A DNA stretch of 55,190 nucleotides from Vicugna vicugna (lineage: Eukaryota): contig MU058037.1 in assembly GCA_013265495.1 (NCBI GenBank), forward strand, positions 436,001-491,190, read 5' to 3'. Under the pieces are notes generated by a model. It worked only from the letters and a program-made list of their open reading frames with translations, had not been told where the DNA came from and ran no database searches. Positions 51,257-55,190 of this stretch are shown here, piece by piece. The translations under genes were made by a program, and so were the position numbers. Every line of letters starts with the position of its first letter. Position 1 is the first letter of the stretch.

Positions 51257-52569
51257 AACAAAAATTTATTGAGTTATAGTCATTTTACAATGTTGTGTCA
51301 AATTCCAGTGTAGAGCACAATTTTTCAGTTATACATGAACATACATATATTCATTGTTTCTTTTTTTTTTTTTGCTGTGAGCTACCACAAGATCTTGTAT
51401 ATATTTCCCTGTGCTATACCGTAAAATCTTATTTATCTATTCTACATATACCTGACAGTATCTACAAATTTTGAACTCCCAGTCTGGTGCCTTCCCACCG
51501 CTCTCCCCCTTGACAATCAGAAGTTTGTTTTCTATGTCTGTGAGTCTGTTTCTGTTTTGTATTTGTTTTGTTTTGTTTGTTTGTTTTTTAGATTCCACAT
51601 ATGAGCAATCTCATATGGTATTTTTCTTTCTCTTTCTGGCTTACTTCACTTAGAATGACATTCTCCAGGGACATCCATGTTGCTGCAGATGACGTTATGG
51701 TGTCCTCTTGTATGGCTGAATAATATTCCATTGTATAAGTATACCACAGCTTCTTTATCGAGTCATCTGTCGATGGACATTTAGGCTGTTTCCATGTCTT
51801 GGCTATTGTAAATAGTGCTGCTGTGAACATTGGGGTGCAGGTGTCATCCTGAAGTAGATTTCTCTCTGGGTACAAGCCCAGGAGTGGGATTCCTGGGTCA
51901 TATGGTAAGTCTATTCCTAGTCTTTTAAGGAATCTCCATATTGTTTTCCACAGTGGCTGCACCAAACTACATTCCCACCAGCAGTGCAGGAGGGTTCCTT
52001 TTCCTCCACAGCCTCTCCAGCATTTGTCATTTGTGGACTTTTGAATGATGGCCATTCTGACTGGTGTGAGGGGATACCTCATTGTAGTTTTGATTTGCAT
52101 TTTTCTGATAATTAGTGATATTGAACATTTTTTCATGTGCCTATTGATCATTTGTATTTCTTCCTTGGAGAATTGCTTGTTTAGGTCTTCTGCCCATTTT
52201 TGGATTGGGCTGTTTGTTTTTTTCTTATTAAGTCATATGAGCTGCTTATATATTCTGGAGATCAAGCCTTTGTCGGTTTCATCTTTTGCAAAAGTTTTCT
52301 CCCATTCCGTAGGTTGTCATTTTGTTTTACTTATGGTTTCCTTTGCTGTGCAGAAGCTTGTAAGTTTAATTAGGTCCTATTTGTTTACTCTTGCTTTTAT
52401 TTCTATTGCTTGGGTAGACTGCCCTAGGAGAACATTTTTGAGATGTATGTGAGGTAATGTCTTGCTTATATTTTCTTCAAGGAGATTTATTGTATCTTGT
52501 CTTATGTTTAAGTCTTTGATCCATATAGAGTTTATTTTTGTGTGTGGTGTAAGGGAGTGTTATCTAATT
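51257..52569 (-). mobile_element. Young lineage-specific LINE-1, 5'-truncated (same family as 34130-35202), nested in the L1MA
   Basis: Start of the 3' UTR is identical to the 34.1-kb copy ('ttattgagttatagtcattttacaatgttgtgtcaaattccagtgtagagcacaatttttcagttatacatga'). ORF 51588-52151 is the L1 ORF2 C-terminus. Confidence 0.95.
51588..52151 (-). pseudogene. L1 ORF2p C-terminal remnant (cysteine-rich CCHC region)
   Basis: [19 protein letters not shown] motif, YTMEYYSA, and a natural-looking C-terminus. Upstream in-frame TGA at 52233-52235 where the other copy has CGA. No 5' UTR, ORF1 or RT domain. Confidence 0.9.
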
Positions 52570-53164
52570 GGAGTTTTATGAATTTAGGCCTTACACTTAA
52601 GTTTTAATATATTTTGAGTTAATTTGTGTTAGTGGTGTAAGATAGTGATTTAATTTCACTTTTCTGTATGTGGATATCCACTTTCCCCAACACCATTTAT
52701 TGAAGAGACTATCCTCTCCTCATTATGTAATTCTTGGCTCCTTTGTCAAACATTAGTTGACCATATATGCATAGTTTATTTCTGGGTTCTTGATTCTCTA
52801 ACATTGGTGTATAGGTCTGTTTTTATGTGAATACCATACTGTTTTGATTTGTAATATGGTTTGAAATCAGGAAGTATGATGTCACTAGCTTTCTTCTTTC
52901 TTGAGATTGTTTCGACTATTTGCTTTTTTGTGCTTTCATACAAATTTTGGAATTATTTTTTCTAGCTGTATTAAAAATGCCATTGGAGTTTTGATAGGGA
53001 TTGCATTGAATTTGCAGATGGCTTTGAGTAATAAGGATATTTTAAAAATAGTAACTCTTCTCATCCATGAACATGGAATATTGTTCCATTTACTTGTGTC
53101 TTCAGTTTCTTTCATCAGTGTCATATGTTTTTCAGTGTTTATATATTTGTCTTCCTTGGTTAAA
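52570..53164 (-). mobile_element. L1MA ORF2 fragment, right part (5'-truncated)
   Basis: ORF 52936-53124 (KETEDTSKWNNIPCSWMRR...AICKFNAIPIK) is L1 ORF2. Also 'tttccccaacaccatttattgaagagact'. Confidence 0.9.
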
Positions 53165-54469
53165 GGCGATAGAGTATGTGGATGAGAACAGATAAGTAAA
53201 AATAACCATCCTTTCTAGAGTTGACCAGGTAAAATCAAATATAGGAGGAGATGGTACTTCTTTAAAAATAACTTAAAATGCTAGCAGAGTGAAAATGATA
53301 CATATTTTGTGTAAGGTATCCTTCCCTTGAGAATTCATTTATTAATATTAAAATGGCAATTTTCAGAACATCTTGTCTTGAGGGGTATTTGATATTAGGG
53401 AACTTAAACTCATTTAAAGAAACTGAGGTTAAAAGTGAATATTCCACAAGGGTACAGAGGTTCTCCTGGAATCTGATTGCTAGAGTTATCCTCCCGGATT
53501 AAAGTTAAATATTGTAATTTGTCTTTGCTTTAGGTTTTAATAAAACCATATACATGAAAGCCTTGTTCTTAGGGTAGGAGCTCCAAATTAAATACTTGTT
53601 AATACATGTGGTAATGCAGTGCTGTTGAAACCATACCATTGGCAAGTGTGAAGTAAATCATCCCTTGATTAAGATTGCGCAGTGTTTCAGAGGCCATCCT
53701 TAGCAGCCATCTTCTTTAGTAAGATTTCCCATTAATACTTTGTAAGATTATAGGTGTCTTGAATTCTCACACAACTTAGAACCTTCCTAGGACAGACTGT
53801 ATTTAGTCATCAGATGCATTCACTGGTATTAACATTGGTACTTACTTGAAGTCTTCATCATTTACAGCTCAGATGCGTAAAATATACCTGCACACAGATG
53901 TAGGCCTAATGGCCATGTGACAGGAAACCCTACCATTTTCTTTTTTATTTAAATATCTTTACTTCTTGTCTCTGATGGCTTCCCCTGTCACCTCATGAAT
54001 AAGTAGGGCTAATATTGGCTGCAGCAAAATCGCACTCCCCATTTATCATGCTAATTGCAGTTTAATGAGGAGAGGCCTGAGGCTAGAAGACTTGTCTACC
54101 TTGAGTCCTATTGGAGTGGAGTTTATTATGGTAATTAATACAGCCTGTGATAATTAAATTGCTCTTCTGGATAGGTACTGTATTTATCATAAAGATTCAC
54201 TGTAGCAAAATATTTTTGAGGATATTGAAAGAGCGTTTTGAAAATCAAGTTCTATGGGTTTTTTTTTTTTTAGGAGAAACTGTAGTTTGGGTTCTACTTT
54301 CACATATTTCTCCTCAGAGCAAGACTGGCTATGTAATTTGAGGAACCCAGTTCAAAATGAAAGCGCTGGGCTTCTTTTTCACACGCAAAAAAATAGAAAG
54401 AGCCATAAAGGTACCAAAATGTAAAGCTTTTTTGTCTTTTTTCCACCTAGTCTCTTTGCTCGTATGCAT

Positions 54470-54591
54470 GCTCCATTGTCCTACTGAAATTTCCCTACAA
54501 AACCCAAGTTTAAAGGTAAAATTAAGAATTTCAAGATGGTGACAGCAAGAGAACTAAGTGAGGGGGGCTGTGCTCCCCTGAAGTCAGCCCT
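54470..54591 (-). mobile_element. MER45-family (hAT-Tip100) terminal fragment
   Basis: 'aaattaagaatttcaagatggtgacagca...cctgaagtcagccctg' matches the recalled reverse complement of the MER45 end. Confidence 0.65.
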
Positions 54592-54636
54592 GCCTAAGAG
54601 AGCAGAAGTGCATAAAGCAAACCATTTTGTTCAGCA

Positions 54637-55138
54637 TTTTATTTTATTTTTTATTGAAGTATAGTTGATTTACAAGTATACTTACAACTATACTACAGGG
54701 GAAGCCATCAGAGACAAGAAGTAAAGATATTTAAATAGTTTCAGGTATACAGCATAGTGATTCAGTATTTTTGCAGATTATATTCCATTGTAGGTTATTA
54801 CAAAATAATGGCTATAATTCCCTGTGCTATGCAGTATATGCTTGTTACTTATCTATTTTATGTATACTAGTTTTTGTCTGTTAATCCCATACCCGGAATT
54901 TGTCCCTCTCCACTTCCCTCTCCCCTTTGATAACCACAAGTTTGTCTTCTATGTCTTTGAGTCTCCTTCTGTTTTGCATATATATTCATTTGTACTGTTT
55001 TTTGATCCCACATATAAGTGACATCATACAGTGTTTGTCTTTCTCTATCTGACTGACTTCATTGAGCATAATATTCTCTAGATCCATCCACTTAACTGCA
55101 TGTGGCAGTATTTCATTTTTAATAGCTGAATACTATTC

Positions 55139-55140
<2 letters not shown>
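54637..55140 (-). mobile_element. L1 3' UTR (artiodactyl-type, older than the 34/51-kb copies), running off the window end
   Basis: 'ttttattgaagtatagttgatttacaa...gtttcaggtatacagcatagtgattcagt...ttccctgtgctat...aaccacaagtttgtcttctatgtc'. Confidence 0.9.

Positions 55141-55189
<49 letters not shown>
55141..55189. repeat. Perfect (AC)24 microsatellite inside the L1 3' UTR
   Basis: Uninterrupted AC repeat reaching the window end. Confidence 0.97.

Positions 55190-55190
<1 letters not shown>

Noticed and set aside
1..55190. The many 60-140 aa ORFs in the six-frame track as host genes
   Set aside because: Many start at non-ATG codons, have the F/L/I/S-rich composition of random AT-rich DNA, overlap repeats and show no recognisable domain. 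The only meaningful ones are L1 ORF2 fragments or their antisense frames.
1..55190. CRISPR array, prokaryotic operon or defence system, intact provirus, or NUMT
   Set aside because: No regularly spaced repeats, no gene-dense coding, no paired near-identical LTRs flanking gag/pol/env, and no mitochondrial-like sequence recognised. The repeat content is clearly eutherian nuclear DNA.

Overview
AT-rich, CpG-depleted mammalian non-coding DNA (intronic or intergenic). No host protein-coding exon, rRNA, true tRNA, CpG island or CRISPR array is recognisable. Much of the window is interspersed repeat. Ancient families include MIR, L2, L3/CR1, L1M, hAT/Tigger MITEs (MER5A, MER20, MER58A, MER63, MER115-like, MER45, MER2-like) and solo ERVL/MaLR LTRs (MLT1, LTR16, LTR41, LTR50, LTR78/79-like). 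Younger insertions are two 5'-truncated L1s of one young family and a tRNA-Ala-derived SINE with a perfect 12-bp TSD. The SINE resembles camelid Vic-1, and no Alu, Bov-A/BovB, PRE-1 or SINEC copies were seen, which points to a camelid. The only ORFs in the track with recognisable protein content are L1 ORF2 fragments. I found no support for a novel multi-gene system. The best directly visible oddities are repair and retrotransposition scars: a perfect 43-bp inverted templated insertion copied from about 700 bp away (54695-54737 vs 53946-53988), a twin-primed L1 inversion, and an L1-in-L1 chimera. There are also a few candidate conserved regulatory blocks, cryptic exons and decayed retroviral-like segments. 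Repeat family names come from recalled consensus sequences, not a database search, and boundaries of old repeats are approximate.
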